A stretch of 36,328 nucleotides of DNA. Origin: a virus. The notes beneath the pieces were generated by a model. It saw nothing but the letters and a program-made list of their open reading frames with translations, was not told the origin of the DNA and searched no databases. The stretch spans positions 1 to 36,328 of the IMG/VR virus record IMGVR_UViG_3300000053_000001; one strand, 5' to 3'. Shown here piece by piece: positions 13,299 through 22,997 of the stretch. Every line of letters starts with the position of its first letter. The stretch's first letter is position 1. The translations under genes were made by a program, and so were the position numbers.

Positions 13299-15267
13299 CG
13301 AATGGGCACGCGAGAAGCGGATCATGCCGCCGAGCGCCCCGATCCCCGGCCCGTTTAACCCTGACACGAACCCATATATGCGCCCGGTCGCCTGGGCGTT
13401 CGCACAGCCTTGTTTCTCCCGCGTGACCTTCGTCATGGGCACGCAGATGGGCAAGTCTGTGACCATGGAAAACATCATCGGGCATCGCCTCGACGAGGAT
13501 CCGACCCCCTGCCTGTACGTCGCGCCGACTAGGCCGCTGATCGATGGCACGGTCGAACCCAAGTTCATGGCGATGTTTGACGAATGCGAGTCGCTGGCGA
13601 AGAAGTACGAAGCGCGCAGCACGAAAATGGTCAAGTGGCTGGGCGGCACGAAATTCCGTTTCGCCTGGGCTGGATCCGCGACCGAGCTCGCCGCCGACTC
13701 TGCCGGCCTGGTGATGGTCGACGAGGTCGACCGCATCGTAAACACCGGCGAAGGCGACACCACCGAGATCATCGAGGCGCGGGGCGATGCCTACGCCGAC
13801 TCGAAAATCGGCTACACCGCCACGCCAACGCACGGCAAGGTCGACCGCCGCGTCGACGAACGCACCGGCCTGTGGCATTGGGTACCAGGTGCGGCGAAAA
13901 AGATCGGGTCGAAGGTCTGGCAGCTATGGCAGTCGGGCACCCGCCACGAGTGGGCGGTGCCGTGCCCCGAGTGCGGCGGCTACTTCGTGCCCTGGTCGGA
14001 TCTGCTGTGGTGGCCAGGCAAAGGCACGCCGCAAGAATGCACCCCCGACGAGGCCTTCAAGCATGCCCGCCTGACCTGCCCGGTCAGCGGCTGCATGATC
14101 GAGGACAAGTGGCGGCCCTGGATGAATGCGCGAGGCGTTCCGGTGGCACCGGGCGAGTCGATCAGCAAAAAGGGCGAGATCCGCGGCACCGCTGACACCG
14201 CCGGCTTTACGCATTACTCGATATGGGTCTCCGGCCTGTGCTCGTTCGCCGTCAAGAAATCCTATGGATTCCTGGCGAAAAAGCTGCTGGCGGCGCAAGT
14301 CGACGGCGCGCCGGCCAAGTTGCTGGCCGTCTACAACACCGGATTCGGCGAGATCTACGCAGAGGCGGGCGATGCCCCCAGCTGGGAAGAAGTGCGCAGC
14401 ATGTGCTACGGCTACGCCGCGGCCGAGCTGCTGCTCGATCCCGACCGGATCTACTGCACGATCGACGTGCAGAAAAGTCGCCTGGTGTACGTCGTGCGCG
14501 CTTGGTTCGCCGGCCTCGGCTCGATGCTCCTCGAGCACGGCGAGCTGTGGGGCGAAACCGATCAGGACGCCGTATGGGAGCAACTGTCCGAGCTGATCGA
14601 TACCGAATACGGCGACGGCCACGGCATCAGCCTGACCGGCATCGATATCGGCTATCGCGACGACCAGGTTTATCGATTCATCAACGAGCACAAGGGCAGG
14701 GCGATCGCCTTGCGCGGCCGCGACAAACTCGACAAACCGTTCCGTAAGGAACTCGTCGAGGTCGATCGCAAGGGCAAAACGCGCAAGCGCGGCGACGCCC
14801 GCTGGGCTTTCGACTCGCCCCTCGCAAAACGCTGGGTGCACAGTCGGTTTAGCCGTCCGGACAACCGCCCGGGCTGGTGGCTGATTCACCAGCAAGTAAC
14901 CGACGATTACTGCAAGCAGCTGGTCGGCGAGGAGTGGCACGAGGGCGACGGCACCTTCCACCAGGTCGGCGAAAACCATTACCTCGACTGTGAGGCAATG
15001 CAATACATCCTCGCCCTGCGGGACAAGCTGCAGCGCCGCAAGGTCGGCGCGCTGACCCTCGTCGAGCTCGGCGCGGCGATCAAGGCGCCCAAGCCTGCCG
15101 GCGAGAAGGTGGTCGAGGATCCGGAGCAGGACGAAGCGCCGGCCAAGTCCGCGCCCGCACCGCACCCCGGCGATCGCCGTCTGCCTCCCGCTCGCAAAAC
15201 CGACGCGGCCCCCGCGAAAGCGAAGGCCAGGCCGCGCTTGACGATTATCCGCAAACCATCCCGGTGA
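13132..15267 (+). CDS. Terminase large subunit (lambda GpA family); start uncertain (13132 or 13267)
   Basis: ADEWAREKRIMP...VTFVMGTQMGKSV (P-loop region), DEVD and a Zn-ribbon CPECGG...CPVSGC are present, as in lambda A. Third-position GC in 13132-13267 favours this frame over the terS frame. Confidence 0.85.
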   Translation: MTLPPSELEYLKKRGVSAQLLPTASNVAHASSLQTLTSSISYAAKMVQAPPPRTADEWAREKRIMPPSAPIPGPFNPDTNPYMRPVAWAFAQPCFSRVTFVMGTQMGKSVTMENIIGHRLDEDPTPCLYVAPTRPLIDGTVEPKFMAMFDECESLAKKYEARSTKMVKWLGGTKFRFAWAGSATELAADSAGLVMVDEVDRIVNTGEGDTTEIIEARGDAYADSKIGYTATPTHGKVDRRVDERTGLWHWVPGAAKKIGSKVWQLWQSGTRHEWAVPCPECGGYFVPWSDLLWWPGKGTPQECTPDEAFKHARLTCPVSGCMIEDKWRPWMNARGVPVAPGESISKKGEIRGTADTAGFTHYSIWVSGLCSFAVKKSYGFLAKKLLAAQVDGAPAKLLAVYNTGFGEIYAEAGDAPSWEEVRSMCYGYAAAELLLDPDRIYCTIDVQKSRLVYVVRAWFAGLGSMLLEHGELWGETDQDAVWEQLSELIDTEYGDGHGISLTGIDIGYRDDQVYRFINEHKGRAIALRGRDKLDKPFRKELVEVDRKGKTRKRGDARWAFDSPLAKRWVHSRFSRPDNRPGWWLIHQQVTDDYCKQLVGEEWHEGDGTFHQVGENHYLDCEAMQYILALRDKLQRRKVGALTLVELGAAIKAPKPAGEKVVEDPEQDEAPAKSAPAPHPGDRRLPPARKTDAAPAKAKARPRLTIIRKPSR

Positions 15268-15270
15268 CCC

Positions 15271-15786
15271 ATGGAACCGACAACCCTACACGCCGGCGAC
15301 TCGGTCGCCTGGTCGCGTGACGTACCCGCGCACCCGCCCGCCGATGGCTGGTCGCTGCAGTACGTGTTCAGCGGTCCCGAGCGGCACAGCGTCGACGCGA
15401 TCGCCGCCTCGCCGTACCGGGTCGAGCTGGCGGCCAGCGTGACGGCCCCATGGGTGCCCGGGCTTTACCGCTGGGTCGCGTTGGCCATCAAGGGCGACGC
15501 GCGCGTGACGGTGGCCAGCGGCCGCCTGCAGGTCGACCCCAACCTCGTCACGGCCGAGCCGGGCGACGTCCGCAGCCACGCGCAGCGGATGCTCGACCTG
15601 ATCGAGGCCGCGCTCGAGAAGCGGATCCCGAAAGACCAGCAGAGCTACGAAATCGACGGGCAGCGGCTCGACCGGATCCCGATCGAGCGGCTCAACGCCT
15701 TGCGCATGCAGTACCGCCGCGAAGTGATGCGCGAGCGAAACCGCCGCTGGCCTTATGGCCGGCCGGTGAAATTCATCCTGGGGTAA
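15271..15786 (+). CDS. gpW-like head-tail joining protein with ~95-aa N-terminal extension
   Basis: The C-terminal part (AQRMLDLIEAALEKRIPKDQQSYEIDGQRLDRIPIERLNALRMQYRREV) resembles lambda gpW. The gene lies between terL and the portal. Confidence 0.5.
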   Translation: MEPTTLHAGDSVAWSRDVPAHPPADGWSLQYVFSGPERHSVDAIAASPYRVELAASVTAPWVPGLYRWVALAIKGDARVTVASGRLQVDPNLVTAEPGDVRSHAQRMLDLIEAALEKRIPKDQQSYEIDGQRLDRIPIERLNALRMQYRREVMRERNRRWPYGRPVKFILG

Positions 15787-15790
15787 GCCT

Positions 15791-17293
15791 ATGAACCCGC
15801 TGAAAAGCGCCCTGCGCCTGCTCGGTTTCGGCGGGCAGCGCACGCCTGCCCTCGACGCTCAAGGCGAGCGAAAAGAGCCGAGCCTGCGCGGTAGCCGCGG
15901 TTTCAAGATGGCCGCCGGTGGCCGGCTAACGAAGTCGTGGACCGGCCGCTCGAGCGGCTCCGACGCAAACCAACAGATTTACGGCGACCACGAGACGCTG
16001 CGCCAGCGCGCCCGCGAGCAGTCGATCAACGCCTCGCCGCTCAAGCGCTTTTACCGGCTGCTACGGCAAAACGTGATCGGCCCCTATGGCATCCGCCTGC
16101 AATCAAAAGCGCTGCTGCCAGACGGCAAGCCAGACCGCACGACCCGCCGGCTGATCGAGAAGGAATGGGGCAAGTTCTGCAAGGCCGGCAGCTTCGACGT
16201 CACCGGCCAATACAGCTACGTGACGTTTTGCTGGCTGTGGATCGAGACGCTCGCCCGCGACGGCGAGGTGCTTGTGCGCCTGGTTCGCAACTTCCCGAAC
16301 AAGTGGGGGTTTGCGGTGCAGATCCTCGAGGCCGATCGGCTGGATCTGAACCTAAACACCGAGCTATCCAACGGCAATCGGGTACGCATGGGCGTCGAGG
16401 TCGACGCCTGGGAAAGGCCCGTCGCCTATTGGATGCTCAAGTCGCACCCCGGCGATATCTACCGCCGCGCCGAGGAGAAATACGAGCGGATCCCGGCCAC
16501 CGAGCTGATCCATACCTTTGACCCCTGGCGGCCGCATCAGTCGCGCGGGTTTACTTGGACGCACTCGGCGGCGCTGGATATCCACCACCTCGAGGAGTTC
16601 CGTCACGCGACGCGGATCAAGGCCGAGCACTCGGCCAAGATCACCGGCTTTTATGAGCCCGACGCCGAATGGCTGGATCCGCCAGACGATGGCGCCGACG
16701 CGCCGGTCTACGAGGAAATCGAAGCCGGTACCGCCCGCGAGATTCCCTACGGCTACAAGTTCCGCGAGCTGAGCCACAACACACCCGGCAGCGACTACGC
16801 CCCGTTCGTGAAAGACACCCTGCGCGGCGCAGCCGGCGGCCTCGGCCCCAGCTACAACCGCCTGTCCCACGACCTCGAGGGCGTCAGCTATTCGTCGCTG
16901 CGCTCCGGCGAACTCGACGAGCGCGACTTCTACAAGTGCGTGCAGGAGCTGGCCACCAGCTCGCTGCTCGAGCGGCTGGGCATGACCTGGTTCGAGTGCG
17001 CGGTGCTGAAAGGCGCGCTCAAGATCGCCCCGCGCGACCTCGAGCGCTGCGCCGAACAGTGCTGGCAGCCACGCGGCTGGGACTGGGTCGACCCGCTGAA
17101 AGACTCCAAAGCGGCCACCGAAAGCATCGGCAACCGCACCAAATCCCGCGCCCATTACATCCGCCTAAACGGTGACGACCCCGACGAGATCTTCGAGGAG
17201 ATCGAGGAGGAGGAAGCGCGCCTGCGGGCTTTGGGCTTGCTGCCAGAACCGAAAAAACCCGAACAGGAGGCACCCGATGCCGACGACGAATAG
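15791..17293 (+). CDS. Portal protein (lambda gpB family)
   Basis: 500 aa. Position and motifs (YGDHETLRQRAREQSINASPLKRFYRLLRQNVIGPYGIRLQSKA) fit lambda-type portals. Confidence 0.85.
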   Translation: MNPLKSALRLLGFGGQRTPALDAQGERKEPSLRGSRGFKMAAGGRLTKSWTGRSSGSDANQQIYGDHETLRQRAREQSINASPLKRFYRLLRQNVIGPYGIRLQSKALLPDGKPDRTTRRLIEKEWGKFCKAGSFDVTGQYSYVTFCWLWIETLARDGEVLVRLVRNFPNKWGFAVQILEADRLDLNLNTELSNGNRVRMGVEVDAWERPVAYWMLKSHPGDIYRRAEEKYERIPATELIHTFDPWRPHQSRGFTWTHSAALDIHHLEEFRHATRIKAEHSAKITGFYEPDAEWLDPPDDGADAPVYEEIEAGTAREIPYGYKFRELSHNTPGSDYAPFVKDTLRGAAGGLGPSYNRLSHDLEGVSYSSLRSGELDERDFYKCVQELATSSLLERLGMTWFECAVLKGALKIAPRDLERCAEQCWQPRGWDWVDPLKDSKAATESIGNRTKSRAHYIRLNGDDPDEIFEEIEEEEARLRALGLLPEPKKPEQEAPDADDE

Positions 17294-19151
17294 CGCCGCG
17301 CCGTTGCATGTGCTGCGGCAGATGGAAGGCCGGCCGCTGCACCGCGCGTTGGCCGTCGATCAGTCAACTATCGACAAGGAAGCCCGTACCGCCGAGGTCT
17401 CGGTTTCCAGCGAATACCCGGTGCGGCGGTGGTTCGGCATGGAAGTGCTCGACCACTCCGAGCGATCGGTCGACCTGCTGCGGCTGCTGTCTGGCGCGCC
17501 CCTGCTTCTCGAGCATCGAGGCTCTGAGCAGATCGGCGTGGTCGAGGAGGCCTGGCTCGACGCCGACCGCAAGATCCGCGCCCGCGTGCGTTTCTCGCGC
17601 AGCGACCGGGCCGAGGAAATCTGGCAAGACGTCGCCGACGGCATCCGCCGCAACATCAGTTGCGGTTATTTGATTCACGAAATGGTGCTCGAGCGCAGCG
17701 AAGACGGCCTCGATCACTACCGCGTCACCCGTTGGGAGCCCTACGAGGTTTCCAGCGTCTCCGTGCCCGCAGACCCGACCGTCGGGGTGGGGCGTTCCAC
17801 CGAAGCGACAACCAACACGATCACCATCCGAGGTTTAGAAATGCCCAAGCCGAACGAACACCACGAAGACGGTCAACGCAGCGCACCCGCTCCGGCCGTC
17901 ACCACCACCACCGACCCGATCGCCACCGAGCGCCAGCGCGTCGCTGACGTGCTCGCCTTGGGCGATCGCTTCAACCAGCGCGAGCTCGCGGCCGAAGCCG
18001 TCAAGCAGGGGCACACGCCCGACCAGCTGCGCGCGCTGATCCTCGAGCGTTCCGCGCCGGCTCCGCTGAGCCAGGCCCCGGCCTCGCAAGGTGCCCGCGA
18101 CCTGCCGAGCTTTCAAACCGAGGTTTCGGCTCGCGCCTTGGGCGTAAGCGACAAAGAACAGGGCCAATACTCGCTGATGCGCGCGCTGAACGCGGCCGCT
18201 ACCGGCGATTGGAGCAAGGCCGGCCTCGAGCGCGCGATCAACATCGCAGCATCCGAGGCGGTCAAGCGCGATGCCCGTGGCTTCTTCGTGCCGCACGACA
18301 TCCTGATGCGCGGCCTTTCCAAGGGCGTTGCCGGCAAGGGTGGCGAAATGGTCACCACCGAGCTGCTGCTCGAGCAGTTCGCCGACGTGCTGCGCAACAA
18401 AACGGTGATGGCACAGCTCGGCATGAAATTGCTGACCGGCCTCGAGGGCGATATCGACCTGCCGAAGAAAACCAGCGGCTCGGCCTTCCAGTGGCTTGCC
18501 GAGGGCGGCGACGCGGTCGACAGCGACTTCGACTTCACCACCCTAGCGCTGACGCCGAAGACTATCGCCGGCGCCATCCCGCTGACCCGCAAGCTGCGCA
18601 AGCAGGCGAGCCGCTCGATCGAGTCGCTGATCATCACGGACCTGGTCGACGGCATGGGCGTGGCGATCGACTACGCGATGCTGGCCGGCCCGGGCGGCAC
18701 CGCCCCGCTGGGTCTGCTGAACGACGTCGGCGTGCCGGGGCTCGAGTATCCCTCGACCGGCGTCACCTTCGGCGCCCTGGTGGACATGCTGACCAAGATC
18801 GGCACCTACAACGCCGACCGCGGCGCGCTGGCCTACCTGACCGGCATCATCGAACGCGGCGCTGCTATGCAGAAGCTCAAGTTCGACGGCGTCGGCGGCA
18901 CGATCTGGGAAAACGACCGCGTTAACGGTCACCTCGCCGAGGCGACCAACCAGGTGCCCGCTGACACCTGGATTTTCGGCGACTGGTCGCAAGTGATTTG
19001 CGGCATGTGGGGCGTGCTGGATCTCAAGCCCGACACCGCCAAGCTGGCCGCCAGCGATGGCCTGGTGCTACGCGCGTTCCAAGACGTCGACGTCGTCAAC
19101 CGTCGCAAAGAATCGTTCTGCATCGCCAAGAAGGCCGCGCCGACGGTGTAA
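17277..19151 (+). CDS. Fusion of HK97-family prohead protease (S78) with HK97-fold major capsid protein
   Basis: AGGAGG RBS. The N-terminal ~190 aa are protease-like (LLLEHRGSEQIGVV...ISCGYLIHEM). A linker/delta-like region follows. The C-terminal ~330 aa are capsid-like (LLEQFADVLRNKTVMAQLGMK...TLALTPKTIAGAIPLTRKL). Confidence 0.8.
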   Translation: MPTTNSAAPLHVLRQMEGRPLHRALAVDQSTIDKEARTAEVSVSSEYPVRRWFGMEVLDHSERSVDLLRLLSGAPLLLEHRGSEQIGVVEEAWLDADRKIRARVRFSRSDRAEEIWQDVADGIRRNISCGYLIHEMVLERSEDGLDHYRVTRWEPYEVSSVSVPADPTVGVGRSTEATTNTITIRGLEMPKPNEHHEDGQRSAPAPAVTTTTDPIATERQRVADVLALGDRFNQRELAAEAVKQGHTPDQLRALILERSAPAPLSQAPASQGARDLPSFQTEVSARALGVSDKEQGQYSLMRALNAAATGDWSKAGLERAINIAASEAVKRDARGFFVPHDILMRGLSKGVAGKGGEMVTTELLLEQFADVLRNKTVMAQLGMKLLTGLEGDIDLPKKTSGSAFQWLAEGGDAVDSDFDFTTLALTPKTIAGAIPLTRKLRKQASRSIESLIITDLVDGMGVAIDYAMLAGPGGTAPLGLLNDVGVPGLEYPSTGVTFGALVDMLTKIGTYNADRGALAYLTGIIERGAAMQKLKFDGVGGTIWENDRVNGHLAEATNQVPADTWIFGDWSQVICGMWGVLDLKPDTAKLAASDGLVLRAFQDVDVVNRRKESFCIAKKAAPTV

Positions 19152-19220
19152 CCGAACCTGAAAGCGGGCAGGTAGGGGGCTCCGGCCCCCGTTCCGCTTT
19201 CACCAATTGAAGGCAATTCC

Positions 19221-19616
19221 ATGAAAGTAGCCAACAACCTGCCGACCTCGTTCGTCGTGGTCGTGCTGGGCAGCATGTGGGTCGGGCCGCAGTTCATCAA
19301 AGAGGACACGGTGCTCGAGGTCGAGCGCGCGGTGCGCAATGACTGGGTCGGCTCGAAGCTGGCACGCGATGCCACCGACGAGGAGATCGCCGCCTATCGC
19401 GCCGAGCAAGGCGACGACGAAGTCGCCGAGGTCATCAGCGAGCAAGTGAAAGAGCTAGCCCGCAAAAAGGGCGACCTCGAGGACGAGATCTACGATCTCG
19501 AGCAAGCAAAAACGGGGCTTCTGGCACAGCGCGACACGCTGACCGCCGAAGTCGCCGAGCTGGAAAAAGCCAAAGCTGCAGCCGAAAAGCCGGCAGCTAA
19601 GGCAACGGCGAAGTGA
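19221..19616 (+). CDS. Hypothetical head-module protein with C-terminal coiled coil
   Basis: It follows a stem-loop after the capsid gene. GAAGG lies upstream. The C-terminus is Ala/Lys/Glu-rich. Confidence 0.5.
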   Translation: MKVANNLPTSFVVVVLGSMWVGPQFIKEDTVLEVERAVRNDWVGSKLARDATDEEIAAYRAEQGDDEVAEVISEQVKELARKKGDLEDEIYDLEQAKTGLLAQRDTLTAEVAELEKAKAAAEKPAAKATAK

Positions 19617-19999
19617 TCGGCGCCGACGACCTGGCCGATCTGTACGACCCCGACGAATTCGGCTGCATCGTGCAGGTGATCGAGGAGGGGCTCGCGGCGC
19701 GGGACGTCAAGGGCATGCTAGGGGCGCCGGCCAAGTCTGGCCGGCTGTACCGTTCTGGCATCGATCCGAATGCGGCGAACATGCGGGTGAAGCCTAATCA
19801 GCGGCATCTGCAGATCGCCCTGCCGGATCTACCGGCGAGCGCGCCAGGCACGAAAGTGATCGTCGAGGGCGTGGCGTACAGCATCGGCAATGTCGAGCCT
19901 TTGGGCCGGCTGCGCGTGCTGCTGACGCTGGTCCCGTTCGGCGATCGCGCCGCTCCTGCAGGAGACCGTGGGAAATGGCAGGCTTTGAACTCGCCCTAG
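19613..19999 (+). CDS. Putative head-tail connector / head completion protein
   Basis: It has a GTGA overlap with the upstream gene. Size and position are typical of adaptor proteins. Confidence 0.4.
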   Translation: MIGADDLADLYDPDEFGCIVQVIEEGLAARDVKGMLGAPAKSGRLYRSGIDPNAANMRVKPNQRHLQIALPDLPASAPGTKVIVEGVAYSIGNVEPLGRLRVLLTLVPFGDRAAPAGDRGKWQALNSP

Positions 20000-20499
20000 A
20001 CGTGACCGGCTGGGCCGAGGTCGATCAGACCTTAGCCGAGCTGCCGCGAAAGCTGGATCTGGCCGCCGCCCGCGCCTTGCGCAAAACGGCGCAATGGCTG
20101 CGAACGCACAGCACGCGGGAGATCTCCCGCGAGCTGCGCATCACGCAAAGCCCGATTCGCCACCGCTACCAGATTCACAGCAACGCCACCTCGCGAGAGG
20201 TGAAATTGTGGGTGGGCCTGCGCCCGATCGGCGTGCACTACCTGGGCACCCCCAAGCAGACCTCAACCGGCGTCGCGGTGGGTCATCGCAACTACGACGA
20301 CGCCTTTATTTCACCGATGCGATCGTCGCAGCGCCTCGTGTTCCGCCGTAAAGGCCGCGAGCGCCTGCCGATCGAGAAGGTAGCCGAGGATTGGGAAGGC
20401 GAAGGCCTCGGCGCACTCGAGCGCTGGGAGCGCCGCGCCCAAGCCCGTTTTTTTGAGCTGTTCGAGCAGGAGGCCCGCCATGCCCTCGCGGCCGCTTAA
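19975..20499 (+). CDS. Putative tail completion protein (lambda gpZ-like)
   Basis: Position and loose pattern similarity (RALRKTAQWLRTHSTREISRELRI...LVFRRKGRERLPI). Confidence 0.4.
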   Translation: MAGFELALDVTGWAEVDQTLAELPRKLDLAAARALRKTAQWLRTHSTREISRELRITQSPIRHRYQIHSNATSREVKLWVGLRPIGVHYLGTPKQTSTGVAVGHRNYDDAFISPMRSSQRLVFRRKGRERLPIEKVAEDWEGEGLGALERWERRAQARFFELFEQEARHALAAA

Positions 20500-21016
20500 T
20501 CAACTGTCCGACCTGTTCTTCGCCATTGGCGACGCCATCCATGCCGCCGGCCTGGGCGTCTCCGTGGATAACTACGACGATTTCGACGGGAGGGTCGGCC
20601 ATGCCACCGTACTGATCGAGATCGAGCGCACCACGCCCGGCGAGCGGCAGAACGATGGCCGCTACGTGCACGTCGTCACCGTGACGCTGCACGCGGTCGT
20701 TTCCCGGTTCCGCAAGCACGCCAACCTCGAGGCCATCAACCTGGCCACCGCGCTGGAACGCCTCGCCGATTGCAACCGCTGGGGGCTTCCTGGTCGCCAA
20801 TGCGACCTACCGGCCGACCTGCACTGCGGGCCGAGCATGTTCCAGCGTGGCGCCGATGGCTACGAGGCTTGGAGCGCGACGTTTCGACAGGGCCTGGCCA
20901 TCGGCTACGTCGAGCCGGAGATCCTGCTCAACACCGCACCGCAGGTCGTCTGGCAGATCGCGGATAACGACGTCGATACCAGCGACCCGGCGAACTATCA
21001 AACGCTCGAGGTCTGA
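20480..21016 (+). CDS. Hypothetical virion morphogenesis protein
   Basis: AGGAGG RBS. It lies between the connector and baseplate genes. Confidence 0.5.
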   Translation: MPSRPLNQLSDLFFAIGDAIHAAGLGVSVDNYDDFDGRVGHATVLIEIERTTPGERQNDGRYVHVVTVTLHAVVSRFRKHANLEAINLATALERLADCNRWGLPGRQCDLPADLHCGPSMFQRGADGYEAWSATFRQGLAIGYVEPEILLNTAPQVVWQIADNDVDTSDPANYQTLEV

Positions 21017-21019
21017 CCC

Positions 21020-21676
21020 ATGTTTGACGCCATCCTACGGCTATCGCTCGCGCCAATAGTCGAGCGCCTGGCTGAGCTCGAAACGGAGCTCGAGGATCTG
21101 CGCCGGCGTGGCGAGAATCACAACCGCATCGGCACAGTCGTCGCGGTGGATCCCGGCGCCAAGCGCTGCCAGGTCAGCCACGGCGAATTGCGCACGCCCT
21201 GGATCAAGTATTTCAACCCGGCCGCCGGCGAGGTCAGCGAAACCCGTCACCCCTCGGTCGGCGAGCAATGCCTGCTGATCAACTTCGGCGCCGGCGATGG
21301 CAGCGCGCAGAGCGTCGCGCTGTGCGGTATCGAGTCGGGCGCCTTCCCGGCCGTCTCCGATCGCGGCGAGCTGCACCGCCGCACCTATCCGGACGGCACC
21401 GAAACGGCCTATGACCACGCGGCGCACCGCCTGACCTGGTCAATCGGGCCGACCACGATCACCGCCGATCGCGAGCAGCTCGTGCTCGTGTGCGGCACCT
21501 CGAGCCTGACCCTGACGGCCGGCTCGGCCGTGCTTGCTTCCAATGGCGATCAGCTGGCACTTGGCGGCGGCGCGGCGGGCATCACAGCCCCGGCCCTGAC
21601 GCACAACGGCACAAACGTCGGCGCCACGCATACGCACCCGGGCGACAGTGGGGGCACGACAGGAACACCGCAATGA
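21020..21676 (+). CDS. Baseplate assembly protein V (P2 gpV-like spike)
   Basis: RIGTVVAVDPGAKRCQVSHGELRTPWIKYFNPAAGEVSETRHPSVGEQCLL is a gpV-type OB-fold. The C-terminus is Gly-rich. Confidence 0.85.
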   Translation: MFDAILRLSLAPIVERLAELETELEDLRRRGENHNRIGTVVAVDPGAKRCQVSHGELRTPWIKYFNPAAGEVSETRHPSVGEQCLLINFGAGDGSAQSVALCGIESGAFPAVSDRGELHRRTYPDGTETAYDHAAHRLTWSIGPTTITADREQLVLVCGTSSLTLTAGSAVLASNGDQLALGGGAAGITAPALTHNGTNVGATHTHPGDSGGTTGTPQ

Positions 21677-22005
21677 TCGGAATCGACCGCGACACCGGCG
21701 CCACTGTCGACGACTGGCCGGCCTTCGTGCAGCGCGCGACCCGCGCCCTGACCACGCCGCTGGGCACCCGCCAGAAGCGCCCCGAATACGGCTGCAGGCT
21801 GCTGACGCGCCTCGGCAAGATCACCGGCGACGGCCTGCTGATGCTGGCACAAGCCGACGCCGCCGACGCCTTCTACAACGCGGCGAACGGCATCGGTGAG
21901 TTCAAGCCCGAAATCATCCTCGCCACCCGCGCCGGCGCCGGCCTACGGCTGCAGCTGGCCGGCACATGGCACAACCGCAAAATGACGTTCGAGGTGGTCA
22001 CGTGA
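21673..22005 (+). CDS. Baseplate protein W (GPW/gp25 family)
   Basis: It has an ATGA overlap with gpV. It carries an RPEYGCRL motif typical of gp25-like proteins. Confidence 0.8.
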   Translation: MIGIDRDTGATVDDWPAFVQRATRALTTPLGTRQKRPEYGCRLLTRLGKITGDGLLMLAQADAADAFYNAANGIGEFKPEIILATRAGAGLRLQLAGTWHNRKMTFEVVT

Positions 22006-22997
22006 GCATGCTAATCCCGGGGCTCAACCAGCTGGCCGAGCCCGCGATCGTCACGGTCGAGCCGTTCGAGACGCTGCTGGCCGAGTTCAAGGCCGAGGTG
22101 CTGGCCTACGTGGCCGCCCGCGACCCGGTCAAGGCTGCGCGCCTAGAAGATGCCCTCGACAACGACAGCGACCTGCTCGGCATGATGCTGCAGGCTTTTA
22201 CGCTGCGGCTGCAGGGCCACGAACGCAAATACAACGCGCGTATCAAGCAGATGCTGGCGTGGTGGGCCGAGGGCTCGAACCTCGACGCCCGCCTCGCCGA
22301 TATGGGCCTCGAACGCCGGGTCATCAGTGAGGGCGACCCTAATGCCTTCCCGCCGGTACCGCCCGAGCTCGAGGGCGACGACGAGGCGCGAATCCGCTAC
22401 TACCTCGCGCCGCACGCCCCGGCCGCCGGCTCGCGTCTGCAGTACCGCCGCGAGGCCATGACCCTGGGCGAGCGCGCCGCGGTCACCGTCGAGCTGAATG
22501 CCGCCGGCCAGCTGGTCGTCACCTACATATTCGCGCCCGATGGCTACGCGGCGCAAGTCAAGGACGCCAACGGTCGCCAGACCGCCCCCGGCCAGGTCGC
22601 CGTCACCGTGCTGGCTCGCGCCGGCGACGGCACCCCGTCGGCGGATCTGCTCGAGGCAACCCGCAAGCACTTCGCCCGCGATGACGTGCGGCCGGAGACC
22701 GACGAGGTCATCGTGCAGGCCGCCGAAATCGTGCGGTATCAGCTCAATGCAACCGTCTACATCAACGCCGGCCCCGACGCGCAGCTGACCAAGGAAGCCG
22801 CCGAGGCCGCCCTCGCCGAGTACGCCGCGAGCCGGCACATGCTCGGAGGCTACGTCGACCCGAGCCGCATCGATTACGTGCTGCATACCGCCGGTGCCGA
22901 GCGCCTGCAGTTGACGGCCCCGCTCGCCCCGATCGAGTGCCAGGCGCACCAGGCGCCCTACTGTGACGGCATCACCGTCGAGGTGCTGACGCTATGA
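22002..22997 (+). CDS. Baseplate protein J (P2 gpJ-like)
   Basis: It has a GTGA overlap (an alternative ATG lies at 22008) and GAGGTGG upstream. Size and position follow gpW. Confidence 0.8.
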   Translation: MSMLIPGLNQLAEPAIVTVEPFETLLAEFKAEVLAYVAARDPVKAARLEDALDNDSDLLGMMLQAFTLRLQGHERKYNARIKQMLAWWAEGSNLDARLADMGLERRVISEGDPNAFPPVPPELEGDDEARIRYYLAPHAPAAGSRLQYRREAMTLGERAAVTVELNAAGQLVVTYIFAPDGYAAQVKDANGRQTAPGQVAVTVLARAGDGTPSADLLEATRKHFARDDVRPETDEVIVQAAEIVRYQLNATVYINAGPDAQLTKEAAEAALAEYAASRHMLGGYVDPSRIDYVLHTAGAERLQLTAPLAPIECQAHQAPYCDGITVEVLTL

